Source: Leptolyngbyaceae cyanobacterium (GTDB lineage: Bacteria > Cyanobacteriota > Cyanobacteriia > Phormidesmidales > Phormidesmidaceae). From it: DNA of 64,000 nucleotides. Within the stretch, counting starts at the first letter, position 1, and each line of letters begins with the position of its first letter. The notes beneath the pieces are model-generated. The model saw nothing but the letters and a program-made list of their open reading frames with translations, had not been told where the DNA came from and made no database searches. Both the position numbers and the translations under genes were made by a program. This document shows positions 1-9,354 of this stretch, one piece after another. The stretch lies in contig CBDHHL010000056.1 of assembly GCA_965263355.1 (NCBI GenBank), positions 64,001-128,000 on the forward strand, written 5' to 3'.

Positions 1-236
1 TTATCCATGACCTGATGCGGTTGGGGAAACACCTCGGTATTGATCCGCTGGAGGACAAATGGCTGTTGTTCTGTATGAACTAGATAGGTATCGTTAATAT
101 TGCCACTGCCGAGGGGGCAAATGTTTTGCACAACATTATCGCCAACAAATTGTTTGGCAATGTGGATGAGGGCATTGGTCTGGGTTATATCGGTCTGATA
201 TCTCAGGGAATTGGGTAGCTCAGCCTCGGAGACCAT
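1..236 (-). CDS. Phosphotransferase (APH / N-acetylhexosamine-kinase-like), 5' part; runs off the window edge
   Basis: Not in the ORF track. Manual translation from ATG 236 gives MVSEAELP...CPLGSGNINDTYLVHTEQQPFVLQRINTEVFPQPHQVMD, the typical GxGxINDTY...LQRIN N-lobe motif. An in-frame TGA lies upstream. Confidence 0.75.
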   Translation of the reverse strand, partial: MVSEAELPNSLRYQTDITQTNALIHIAKQFVGDNVVQNICPLGSGNINDTYLVHTEQQPFVLQRINTEVFPQPHQVMD

Positions 237-327
237 GGGCTTAGTTCGATCAAACTTGGCTAATCATACTTCCAACCCTGAGAATTGGGAAACTGGATGG
301 GCCATAAGAAGATTCTATCAATATGTA

Positions 328-362
328 GAATTCGGAATTTGGAGTTCGGAATTCGGAATTCA
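328..362. repeat. Short tandem heptamer repeat (STRR-like), 5 x GARTTYR
   Basis: GAATTCG GAATTTG GAGTTCG GAATTCG GAATTCA in the intergenic space. Confidence 0.7.
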
Positions 363-411
363 GAGTACTCTTCTCTTCGAGAATGTCAGGGGCGAACGAG
401 AAGGGGGGTGA

Positions 412-3048
412 CTACAGACCATTTCCGATCAAAATAAACGATGACCAATAGTAGGGATGACTATAGGAATTGGGGAGACTAGGTAGCGCTTCGCGAAAAG
501 TCTCGGCAAAGCCTCGTTGGTTGGCGGCCAGTGCTTGCTGGTTTTCAGTGATCAGGGCAATTTGGGCCTGGCGTAAGGCTTCGCTTTTTCCCTGGCCCTG
601 TTGTAAGTGGTCATAAAATGAGGTCATTAGGGCCTGGGTGCCACCGTCATCTACGGACCATAGCGATGCGATCGCACTTTTCGCCCCTGCCCGTTGGATT
701 TGGTAACCAAAGCCCAAAATCTCTTCTCCATTTCCCAGGGTACCGCCCAGCCCGGTCTGGCATGCACTCAGGACGACCAGATCCACATTCCGTAAACTCC
801 AAGTAGACATATCCCGGAGACTGACTCGGTCGCCATCACCCAAGAGAATAAATGACTCTTCCGGCTGACCGGAGACAAATTCAGCATGGGTGGCCATATG
901 CACAATGCTGTAGTCGTCCATTTGAGGAATAGTCGTAGCTCCATTAAAGGCTTCATTGAGGAGCTGTGTGGTATCGACAAATTTATCCACCAGTGTGGTC
1001 ACTTCAACCTTTGCGTAAGGCAGTCCAGCAAGGCTGACCTGGCGAGTGCCCACCTGCAGATTGTAATTACCCTCACTAAACGCAGCGGCCAAAATGCTAG
1101 GGCTAGGGTTGGGTATGGTGTTAAAGTCCGTCAGGCTGGCGGCAGTGATATTAGTAATTTGAAACCGCTCAATTAGCCATTGCTCACCGTCATAGAGTGC
1201 GCCCAAGGGGACATAACGCAGAGGACCATCGGGAGAATACACAATGGTCTCGGCCTCGGCCTGGGCTAGATCCGCTTCAATGGGCTTGATTAAGTAATTG
1301 TAGAGCTGCTCCATGGCCGGACGGGCATCGCTGCGGCGATTGCTTAATGCCTGACGGGCGGTTTCGAGGGCGGCTTGCAACTCATCAGCGGTGACATCGA
1401 CGCTCCGGTGTAAAGGGGGCGCATAGGCACTCACCAGCACTAGCTCTAAGCGGTCTTCTAAAATTAGCGGATAGACTAGCACCGCATTATCCAGCGTTTG
1501 TAAGTTATCTTGCAGGCTATTGAGGTTATATAGATTGAGGTTTTGCTGACGACTGGCATTTCCCAGTTGGGTCACCAGTGTAGACACTTCGGGGCTATCA
1601 ATAAAGTGGTTAAACTCAGCGGTTTTGGCCTGCTGTGAGGTAACTAGCTCGCTGATGCGTTGCTGTTGGCTGGGGGTGCGTTGAGAACGGGGAATGCGTC
1701 TGAGTTGAGCTAATTCTCGGCCATCGGCCACGGTCTGATCATAAAGCTCTAGCAACTCGGTTTCTGCTGGTTGCAATGGTGCTTCTCCGAGATCAGGTGA
1801 ATCGGTGGCTGGGACATCGTCTAAGTAATCATCGACTTCTTGGACTTTTAGCAGATCCAGGATCGCTTGAGCTTCAATTACCCGATCCTGTTGTAAGAGT
1901 AAATCCGCTAGGGTGCGATAGGTTGTGGCAAAGGTTCTGGGAAAGATGGCCCGCTGTTCCAGGGGCAGTACGCGTAAGTCTTGACGGACATCTTCGAAAA
2001 CGGTGATGGCCTGTTTGTAAAGTGCGATCGCCAGCTCATGTTCACCCTGAGCGTTGAGAATATTGCCAATCTGACTCAGGGTTTCCCCTTCCAAAGCACG
2101 ATAGCCCAGCTCATCAAACAGAGCCGCCGCTTCATAGAGTTTGACTAATGCCTGGTCCCAATCACCACTGCGACCATAGGAAATGCCCATGTTTTGCAAC
2201 AGGGTGGCTTCAGACGCTATGTCACTACGGGTACGGGAAATGTCTAACGCTTCTCCATAGGCTGTAAACGCAGCATCGTATTGGCGCTGCAAATGGTAAG
2301 CCCCCCCTAGCCGCGTTAGGGTAACTTGAGTCCCCTCGGCGTCATTGACGTCTCGCCACAGGGTCAGGGCTGACTGATAGCTAGCTACGGCTGCTGGTAA
2401 CCGATCCTGCTCCAGGTGAATCTCACCAATGCCATGGAGTGCCGCCGCCTGACGCCGAGTATCTCCCTGGGCCTTAGTTTGGGCTGTTTCGTAAGCGTTG
2501 AGCGCTTGGTCCCACTGGCGATTTTCTTCATAGGCAGCGGCCAAATAACGCCAGGTGTCTGCAATACCAGCCAACAGTCCGGCCTGTTCAAATAGGTCTA
2601 AGGCTTGTTGATGAGCCCCTAAGGCCTCAGACGTTCGGCCAAACCGGGTATGGACTTGACCGATACCATTCAAGGAGTCACCTTTGGTTTGAGGGGATGG
2701 CGCAACGGTCAAGGCCCGTTGATGGCGTGCTAACGATTGGGGATATTGTCCGACCTGGCGGTAGGCATCGCCCATGTGGTTGAGGATACGAGCTTCTTCA
2801 CCGGAATCATTGTTTTGCCGCGCCAGGCTTAGAGCCGCCTCAAAAAAAATCAAGCCTGGCACACCACCGCCTACGGGCTGGGCCACTTCCCCATCTGCCA
2901 GCCCCGTCTCAATTAAAGACTCTATATCACAGGGAGATAGTTGAGCGCAGGCCTGCTCGATGGGTGTTTGGCCATAGCTAACAGGGGCTGCAATCCCCGT
3001 TAGCAACAATGCGCTCAGCCCTACAAAGAACGAACAATAACGGTTCAT
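412..3048 (-). CDS. Secreted TPR + CHAT (caspase-like) domain protein
   Basis: Signal peptide and multiple TPRs; C-terminal CHAT motifs VHMATHA, VLSACQTG and HPYYWSSFILIG. Confidence 0.92.
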   Translation of the reverse strand: MNRYCSFFVGLSALLLTGIAAPVSYGQTPIEQACAQLSPCDIESLIETGLADGEVAQPVGGGVPGLIFFEAALSLARQNNDSGEEARILNHMGDAYRQVGQYPQSLARHQRALTVAPSPQTKGDSLNGIGQVHTRFGRTSEALGAHQQALDLFEQAGLLAGIADTWRYLAAAYEENRQWDQALNAYETAQTKAQGDTRRQAAALHGIGEIHLEQDRLPAAVASYQSALTLWRDVNDAEGTQVTLTRLGGAYHLQRQYDAAFTAYGEALDISRTRSDIASEATLLQNMGISYGRSGDWDQALVKLYEAAALFDELGYRALEGETLSQIGNILNAQGEHELAIALYKQAITVFEDVRQDLRVLPLEQRAIFPRTFATTYRTLADLLLQQDRVIEAQAILDLLKVQEVDDYLDDVPATDSPDLGEAPLQPAETELLELYDQTVADGRELAQLRRIPRSQRTPSQQQRISELVTSQQAKTAEFNHFIDSPEVSTLVTQLGNASRQQNLNLYNLNSLQDNLQTLDNAVLVYPLILEDRLELVLVSAYAPPLHRSVDVTADELQAALETARQALSNRRSDARPAMEQLYNYLIKPIEADLAQAEAETIVYSPDGPLRYVPLGALYDGEQWLIERFQITNITAASLTDFNTIPNPSPSILAAAFSEGNYNLQVGTRQVSLAGLPYAKVEVTTLVDKFVDTTQLLNEAFNGATTIPQMDDYSIVHMATHAEFVSGQPEESFILLGDGDRVSLRDMSTWSLRNVDLVVLSACQTGLGGTLGNGEEILGFGYQIQRAGAKSAIASLWSVDDGGTQALMTSFYDHLQQGQGKSEALRQAQIALITENQQALAANQRGFAETFREALPSLPNSYSHPYYWSSFILIGNGL

Positions 3049-3202
3049 AGCAATCCATCCACACCGTTCACCATGTTAATTAACCCAACTCAGACTGATG
3101 GGTAACTTAGTCCGTTTAAACAGGGTGACGCTGACCTATCCTGAAACTTTGGCGAAAGGTTCACATAAATTTCTTGGCAGTTTTGGCTTAGGAGTATTGG
3201 CC

Positions 3203-3976
3203 TTAACGTATAACTAGAGCCCCTAGGCCGATGGCAACCACAGCGCCAATCAAGGTATTAATAATATTCACCACGTCGTGGGTTAAGCCGGGTAGCTTAT
3301 TTTCAATGGTGGCACCAATTAAGCTTTCAATGGTGGTGGCAACAAACGCTGCGATCGCACAGATAACAATGCCGAGCGCTGAGATAAACCCGATGCCCCA
3401 AGCGGCAACGGCTAATATCAACGAACCCCCTATACCGGCCAGTGTGCCTTCTAAACTAACAGCCCCCTCTGTGCCGCGAGGGACTGGTTGCAGCGTTGTA
3501 ATTAAAAAGGTTCGTTGACCATAGGCTTTACCAATTTCTGTGGCGGTGGTGTCCGATAGCTTAGTACTGAGACTGGCGACAAAGCCAAGGATAAGTAATT
3601 GCACCACTTGCCCCTGGGATAACCCCATCAGTGATACTGAGGTCAGGCCCGTCAGCCACACCAGCAGAGCGCAGATAGCGGCTGTCAGAGCAGACCCCCA
3701 CACATTGCCGGGGCCACGGACGCCACCGCGTGCTTCCGCAATACCGGCTGCTTCCTTTTCGGCAAAGCCCACCTTTGTCACAGCAGAACCGGCGGCAAAA
3801 TATACCATCGTCACACCATAGGCCTGCCAACCCAAACAGCCCCAAAGGATCACCCCCAATATCCAGGCATGTACATAGCCCATGGGGGTGAGCAGCTTTT
3901 TGGGACTAGCAAAGGCTATGGCCACTAAAACCGTATTTAGAACGACTGCTACCAACCAAGGAGTTTGCCATGTCAT
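3203..3976 (-). CDS. DUF92/TMEM19 (TIGR00297) membrane protein, VTE6-like
   Basis: Multi-TM; motifs GGVRGPGNVWGS, SDTTATEIG and GTEGAVSLEGT. Confidence 0.88.
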   Translation of the reverse strand: MTWQTPWLVAVVLNTVLVAIAFASPKKLLTPMGYVHAWILGVILWGCLGWQAYGVTMVYFAAGSAVTKVGFAEKEAAGIAEARGGVRGPGNVWGSALTAAICALLVWLTGLTSVSLMGLSQGQVVQLLILGFVASLSTKLSDTTATEIGKAYGQRTFLITTLQPVPRGTEGAVSLEGTLAGIGGSLILAVAAWGIGFISALGIVICAIAAFVATTIESLIGATIENKLPGLTHDVVNIINTLIGAVVAIGLGALVIR

Positions 3977-4233
3977 AGGTGGGTTTCCTTATGCCTATTG
4001 TGGAGATGCCTATATGAGGATACGGTGGATTCTGCCAGGGGCCTACTGACTAATTTGTACACCAAAAAGAGCATTAGGACTGTCAATCATATAGGCCGTT
4101 AATGCTGTCCACAGCAGATAGCTGTTATTCAGATTAGTAAAAGTTAATACTGCACAATCAAGTATGGTTTTCCAGCTGTGCAAGTCTTACATAGTTGGTG
4201 AAAAGCATGCCCTAACGTTAATTCAGCGGTTTT

Positions 4234-4635
4234 ATGAATTCTATCGAAAAGCTCATTACCATGGCCGAAGACGAGCTTACGCAATACAGTACAGACGCAC
4301 GGAAAATTGAAAAACTACGACCTAAGGTGGGTCTAACAATCCCCTACCCCCAGCAAAAAGCTGTCAGAGAGCAGCTGCTAGCAGATATACCCACTAATAT
4401 CTTTGCCAAAATTGTTGAGCGTGATCGGCAAATGGTGGCCCTGCCCTTTTGGGGATTGGGTGGATTGGGTTTGTTGCTGGGTATTTCTATGCAGCAGCCT
4501 CTAGATTTTATGGCAACAGGAATTGGCTTTTATATCGCGTTCAGGATTCAATCTTGGGGTTGGAAATTAGAGGCCAAGCGTTTGGTGGTTAAAACCCTTG
4601 ACGCGATTGAGCAAGATATGCAAAGCGAGGCATAA
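4234..4635 (+). CDS. Hypothetical membrane protein (2 TM)
   Basis: 133-aa ATG ORF with two hydrophobic segments. Confidence 0.7.
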   Translation: MNSIEKLITMAEDELTQYSTDARKIEKLRPKVGLTIPYPQQKAVREQLLADIPTNIFAKIVERDRQMVALPFWGLGGLGLLLGISMQQPLDFMATGIGFYIAFRIQSWGWKLEAKRLVVKTLDAIEQDMQSEA

Positions 4636-5069
4636 CCCGATTGCCCAACTGTTGGTTGAGCCATTGACTGGATAGCAGTCTAAAGAACAGCAGTTAACTA
4701 TAGCTCCAAAATAAATTTAATCGAACTGTATGGTATTCCGAAGACCGGTAATTCTCACAAATTTTAGATAGAACATTTAATTTTTTCTTAAGATTTACTG
4801 GATTGTAAAGCCTATACAAAAATGACCACTAGTGGTCCAATATTTCTATCTGTGCAAGGTTTTGGTCGTTAGTAGACAAAATTACCTGCTGGTGGACGCT
4901 TGTGGGTCGATAGTGAATTAACTTGCAGTATTTTTATTATTGTTGGACTGTCTTTTTTGTTAGGAAAGGTTCACAATAATAAAATCTTCCCCTTTCGGGA
5001 TTGAGCTTTCCTTAATAAGATTAGAAGTACTAAAAGACTTTTATCAATACTGACAATAATTAAGCGTCA

Positions 5070-5438
5070 ATGACACTTTCTGAAGATAATTTCGAAAACG
5101 TTGTGCTAGCGTCTCCGGTGCCGGTTCTAGTACATTTTTGGGCCCCATGGTGTGGTTTATGTCGGCGGGTGACGCCGCTGCTGAATCGCTTTCAGCATGA
5201 TTGGTCAGGCCAAGTAAATGTCTTTAATATCAATGCCGATGAGAATCTAAAGTTAGCTAACCTTTACCGCTTGCAAACATTGCCAACTTTACTGTTTCTT
5301 GATCAGGGGCAGGTGGTGCAGCGGTTTGATGTGTTGCGTAATCGCGATGAGTGTATGCGAGCCCTCAACTTGCTGATGCGCCGCTATCAGCTAGAGACTG
5401 GTTTGGTTGAGGGGGCTGCTGGGCTAGTAGACATTTAA
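5070..5438 (+). CDS. trxC: Thioredoxin, cyanobacterial C-type (WCGLC active site)
   Basis: Thioredoxin fold with FWAPWCGLC, the atypical site of cyanobacterial TrxC. Confidence 0.8.
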   Translation: MTLSEDNFENVVLASPVPVLVHFWAPWCGLCRRVTPLLNRFQHDWSGQVNVFNINADENLKLANLYRLQTLPTLLFLDQGQVVQRFDVLRNRDECMRALNLLMRRYQLETGLVEGAAGLVDI

Positions 5439-5458
5439 GCTGTTTGTCCGAGGGGGCT

Positions 5459-6619
5459 CTATGGTGCCGCTTCGGGCTTATCTTCTTTTAAATGTTTTAA
5501 ATATCCTTGTAGTAGCCAGTCCGGGCCAATTGTCTCCAATGAGGTCTGGTGCAGGGCTAGGGCCTCAGACATATGTTTGAGGCCCATGTCGCTTACGGGG
5601 GTTGGGGCTTGGTTGCCGCCAATCAGTTTGGGGGCGATGAAGGCCCATAGCTTTTGGATTACGCCCTGACGTAGAGCAACGGCGCTGAGGGTGCCGCCAC
5701 ATTCCCATAAAACTGATGACAGTCCTCGTTTGTATAGATGTTCTAGGACTGTTAGGGGGGTTAGGGAGTTGACTGAAATGATCTCTATCTCTTTAGGTAG
5801 TATGCCTTTTGCCTGCTGTTGGTTGACTTCTGTAAACACCAGGGTGGGAGCAACATCGGTTTTCCACAAGTTGGCTGTGGTGGGTAGCTCTAGACGGCGG
5901 CTCATGACCACCCGTAGGGGATTGCGATCGCACACCCCATGGCTCGTCAATTGAGGATTGTCTTTGCGGACCGTATTGCCACCTACGATCACCGCATCGC
6001 ATTGGCCCCGTAATTGATGCACCCGGCGGCGGGACTCTGGGCTAGTAATCCAGGCGCTATGGCCCGTATCCGTCGCGATTTTGCCATCCAGGGTCATGGC
6101 ATATTTTAAGATGCTAAAGGGTTGCCGATGGCGAATACGGTGGATAAAGGCTTCATTTAAACGCTCACAGGCCACCGTTTCCACATCGGTAATTACCTCA
6201 ACACCCGCTGAACGCAGTTTTTGTATGCCGCCACTGGCCTTGGGGTTAGGGTCGGTCATGCCGATAACCACCGTGGTGATGCCCGCCTTTAAAACGGCCT
6301 CTGTGCAAGGGGGAGTACGCCCCTGGTGATTACAAGGTTCCAAATTTACGTAGAGAGTAGCCCCTTGGGCCGCATCACCCGCTGCTCTTAGGGCAAATAC
6401 TTCTGCATGGGGCTGCCCCGCTTGGGGATGAAATCCTTCACTGACAATTTTTCCATCCTTGACAACCAAGGCTCCCACCATCGGATTGGGCGCTGTCCGC
6501 CCTGCTCCTTTCGCGGCCAGCTCTAGACAGCGATACATCATTGTGCTGTGACATTGGTCGCTATCATTCTTGTCTGGGACTGCACCGTCGAATGAACTGT
6601 GCTGTGAAATCATCGGCAA
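5459..6619 (-). CDS. ribD: Riboflavin biosynthesis deaminase/reductase (start uncertain)
   Basis: PNPMVG, HAE and LEPCNHQGRTPPC zinc motifs; reductase domain TLDGKIA. Confidence 0.95.
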   Translation of the reverse strand: MPMISQHSSFDGAVPDKNDSDQCHSTMMYRCLELAAKGAGRTAPNPMVGALVVKDGKIVSEGFHPQAGQPHAEVFALRAAGDAAQGATLYVNLEPCNHQGRTPPCTEAVLKAGITTVVIGMTDPNPKASGGIQKLRSAGVEVITDVETVACERLNEAFIHRIRHRQPFSILKYAMTLDGKIATDTGHSAWITSPESRRRVHQLRGQCDAVIVGGNTVRKDNPQLTSHGVCDRNPLRVVMSRRLELPTTANLWKTDVAPTLVFTEVNQQQAKGILPKEIEIISVNSLTPLTVLEHLYKRGLSSVLWECGGTLSAVALRQGVIQKLWAFIAPKLIGGNQAPTPVSDMGLKHMSEALALHQTSLETIGPDWLLQGYLKHLKEDKPEAAP

Positions 6620-6666
6620 AATTATCTAGAATTTTGGAAGAGAGAAAGAGTTATTAGAATAACCCT

Positions 6667-6894
6667 ATGACTACTGAGAACACTAGCGTGAACTGTGCCG
6701 TTGACTGCATCAATGGCTGCATTAAAGGGGATGCCTGTCCCAATGAAGCTTACACTCAACAGGCGTCTGAGTTTATTGAAAATACTTCCCTCGACAAAAT
6801 GTTGGAAATTGCTGAAGAGGCTGTGCGCAAGAAGATTATTGCACGGGCAACAGAGCCGAGAAAGTGGGTGATGCCAGAGGAGTTAGGGGAGTAA
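6667..6894 (+). CDS. Small Cys-rich hypothetical protein
   Basis: 75-aa ORF with CxxxCxxGCxxxxxC; divergent from ribD. Confidence 0.65.
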   Translation: MTTENTSVNCAVDCINGCIKGDACPNEAYTQQASEFIENTSLDKMLEIAEEAVRKKIIARATEPRKWVMPEELGE

Positions 6895-8055
6895 ACATTT
6901 CTGTATTCCCTCCACCAACCGACCAATATCTTCCTGGCTGTGGGTTGACATCACGGTCATTCTCAAACGACTGGTAGGTACGGTTGGTGGACGCACTGCG
7001 GCAGCAAAAAATCCCTGGTGCTTAAGCCGTTGGCCGAGGTTGAGTACGGTAGCAGCATCTTTGACCTGTATGCAGATGATGGGGGATGCGGAGGGTAGGC
7101 GGTTGATGTTTGGCAGTTTATCCAGGCGTTGTCTCAAATAGATGGCGTTTGCGTCTAACTGAACCAGACGTTCAGGTTCTTGGGTGAGAATTGCGATCGC
7201 AGTCCGAGCGGCAGCGGCAGCGGCAGGGGATAGCCCCGTTGTATAGATCCAGGTGGCGGCACGATTGCGCAGAAACTCAATGAGTTCAGTGGAGCCAGTG
7301 ACATAGCCACCCAGGCTGCCCAAGGCTTTGCTTAAGGTGCCGACTTGCACCATGGGACGATGGCGACAGCCAAGATATTCAACGGCACCGCCGCCAGTTT
7401 TTCCCAATACCCCTGTGCCGTGGGCTTCATCCACCATCACCATGGCGTCCCACTGGTCGGCAATGGCTAAAATCTCTGGCAGTGGGCAGAGGTCGCCGTC
7501 CATGCTAAAGACACTGTCGGTAACAATTAGACAACGACGATACTGGGGGCGGAGTTCGGCTAACTGTTGTGTTAGTTGTTCTAAATTGTTGTGGCGGTAG
7601 GTGGCGACAGTGGCTTTGCTCAAGCGAGCGCCCATTTGCAAGCTTGAGTGGTTATACTGATCGGCCAGAATCAGGTCGCGATGATCCACCAGGGCTGCGA
7701 GGGTACCCAGGTTGGCTAAGTATCCTGAGCTAAAGACAATGGCGTCGTCGGTGCCCTTGAGTTGGGCGATGGCTTGTTCTAATTCACGGTGGATGGGGCG
7801 ATGGCCACTCAGGAGTCGAGAGCCGGTACTACCCGTGCCGTAGGTTGAGATCGCAGTAGCGGCGGCACTGGCTAAGCGTGGATCTCCCGCCAGACCCAGA
7901 TAATCATTGCTGGCGAAGTTTAAACAAGGCCGTCCATCAATGCTGATAGTGGCCCCCCCTTTACCGTCAATGGTCTGAACCTGGCGGTACCAGTTGGCCC
8001 GTTGCAGCGTATGCAGCGATTTTGTAATCCAGCCGTAGGGATTGTTGGACGCCAC
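6883..8055 (-). CDS. bioF: 8-amino-7-oxononanoate synthase
   Basis: FASNDYLGL, GSTGSRLLSG, DEAHG, GTLSKALG (PLP lysine) and RPPTVP. Confidence 0.95.
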   Translation of the reverse strand: MASNNPYGWITKSLHTLQRANWYRQVQTIDGKGGATISIDGRPCLNFASNDYLGLAGDPRLASAAATAISTYGTGSTGSRLLSGHRPIHRELEQAIAQLKGTDDAIVFSSGYLANLGTLAALVDHRDLILADQYNHSSLQMGARLSKATVATYRHNNLEQLTQQLAELRPQYRRCLIVTDSVFSMDGDLCPLPEILAIADQWDAMVMVDEAHGTGVLGKTGGGAVEYLGCRHRPMVQVGTLSKALGSLGGYVTGSTELIEFLRNRAATWIYTTGLSPAAAAAARTAIAILTQEPERLVQLDANAIYLRQRLDKLPNINRLPSASPIICIQVKDAATVLNLGQRLKHQGFFAAAVRPPTVPTSRLRMTVMSTHSQEDIGRLVEGIQKCLLP

Positions 8056-8104
8056 TTATTACCCCCGATTAAAATGCATCAGTCCTTAGGGATAATTCCT
8101 TGGA

Positions 8105-8134
8105 GATGCCCTGCAATATCGGGGGCAGGGCATC
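8105..8134. terminator. GC-rich hairpin downstream of the paralog pair
   Basis: GATGCCCTGC-N10-GCAGGGCATC perfect 10-bp stem. Confidence 0.4.
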
Positions 8135-8140
8135 CAGGTC

Positions 8141-8623
8141 TTACCTGTCTAAATTAGATATCCAGCTATGATAACGTCCAGATATACGCACGCTCCCATT
8201 GTCTGAAAAACTAAGAACAATAGTATCAGAGGCTTCTTCAGCGTCGCTAATTTCTAGATAGCCGTCAATCCATTGGTCAAAGAAATTTGTAGCACTATGT
8301 ACACGGATGTTATAAGTCCCTTTCTTAAGTTGCATTGTTTTGCTGCGCTTAAAACCACGAGGGGAAAAGACGCGATGATCCTCAATATACACATCAGCCC
8401 ATTCGTTGCCCCGAGCAACAAGTTTCAAGGTAACTTCTTGTTCTTCGTGCTCCGCTTGGCTATCTTGTTCAGACTCAGACTGATGAGTATCTTCTTGGCT
8501 GGAAGAATAATGAATGATGGTTTCTGCGGTGGCAGAATTAGCAAAATAATTAATTAGGGATGGAGTAATGCTACTGCCGATCAGAACTGCGACCCCTAAC
8601 TTGAGCCATGGGTTTGTTGTCAT
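8141..8623 (-). CDS. Secreted hypothetical protein, paralog of 8659-9126
   Basis: Likely start MTTNPW with signal peptide; GNEWADVY motif shared with its neighbour. Confidence 0.7.
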   Translation of the reverse strand: MTTNPWLKLGVAVLIGSSITPSLINYFANSATAETIIHYSSSQEDTHQSESEQDSQAEHEEQEVTLKLVARGNEWADVYIEDHRVFSPRGFKRSKTMQLKKGTYNIRVHSATNFFDQWIDGYLEISDAEEASDTIVLSFSDNGSVRISGRYHSWISNLDR

Positions 8624-8658
8624 GGTGATGGGGAAGCTTGCGATCAAACACCTTGAGA

Positions 8659-9126
8659 TTAATACCCTATTGACGAGCGTTGCCCGGTCGAAATTGGGAT
8701 CCAAGCATGGGGGTCACCCGATACCCGCACACCTCGTTCGGAAAAACGGACGACAATAATATTGGTATCATTGCGACCGACATCTAAATAGCCCTCGGCC
8801 CAGACATCAAAATAATCGACACCGGTAATTTTAATTTCGTAGGCCCCTTCCCTAAAGGTGAACCGCTTACGTCGGTTGGTATTGTGGGCAGATAAAATGC
8901 GACGACCATCTACATATACGTTGGCCCATTCATTCCCCTGGGCAATAAATTCCACTGTGACTCGATTTCTAACACGTTCCCGCTCATAGATGGGATAGCG
9001 GCGGTGGTGTGGATCGGTGAGAATAATGATCTGACCGGCTTCAGCAGAGGAGACCATGGCCAGGGGAGCTGCGATCGCACCCAACAGTCCTACTATCCCT
9101 AGCCTTAGCCATTGGTGTTGTTTCAT
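8659..9126 (-). CDS. Secreted hypothetical protein, paralog of 8141-8623
   Basis: MKQHQW signal peptide ending SAEA; GNEWANVY motif. Confidence 0.7.
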   Translation of the reverse strand: MKQHQWLRLGIVGLLGAIAAPLAMVSSAEAGQIIILTDPHHRRYPIYERERVRNRVTVEFIAQGNEWANVYVDGRRILSAHNTNRRKRFTFREGAYEIKITGVDYFDVWAEGYLDVGRNDTNIIVVRFSERGVRVSGDPHAWIPISTGQRSSIGY

Positions 9127-9265
9127 CTTGGTTTCTATGAGCAACGTGACGTTTTTACAGGCACACCCGTCTCTATTCTAAGATTTGCCACACACATCAT
9201 CATTACCCACAAGCCAGATTCTCCAACTGGACAGGTTCGCTTCTGGAGATACGAACGAATACCTT

Positions 9266-9309
9266 AAAAGCCCCCAACCCGTCTAAGCAAGAAGAGGGGG
9301 CGGGGGCTA
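9266..9309 (-). terminator. Rho-independent terminator of the linker gene
   Basis: On the minus strand, AGCCCCC...GGGGGCT followed by TTT, about 45 nt after the stop. Confidence 0.6.
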
Positions 9310-9354
9310 TGCATCAGCTTATAGCTCAGAATCCATTGCGCAAAACAAACGCGT

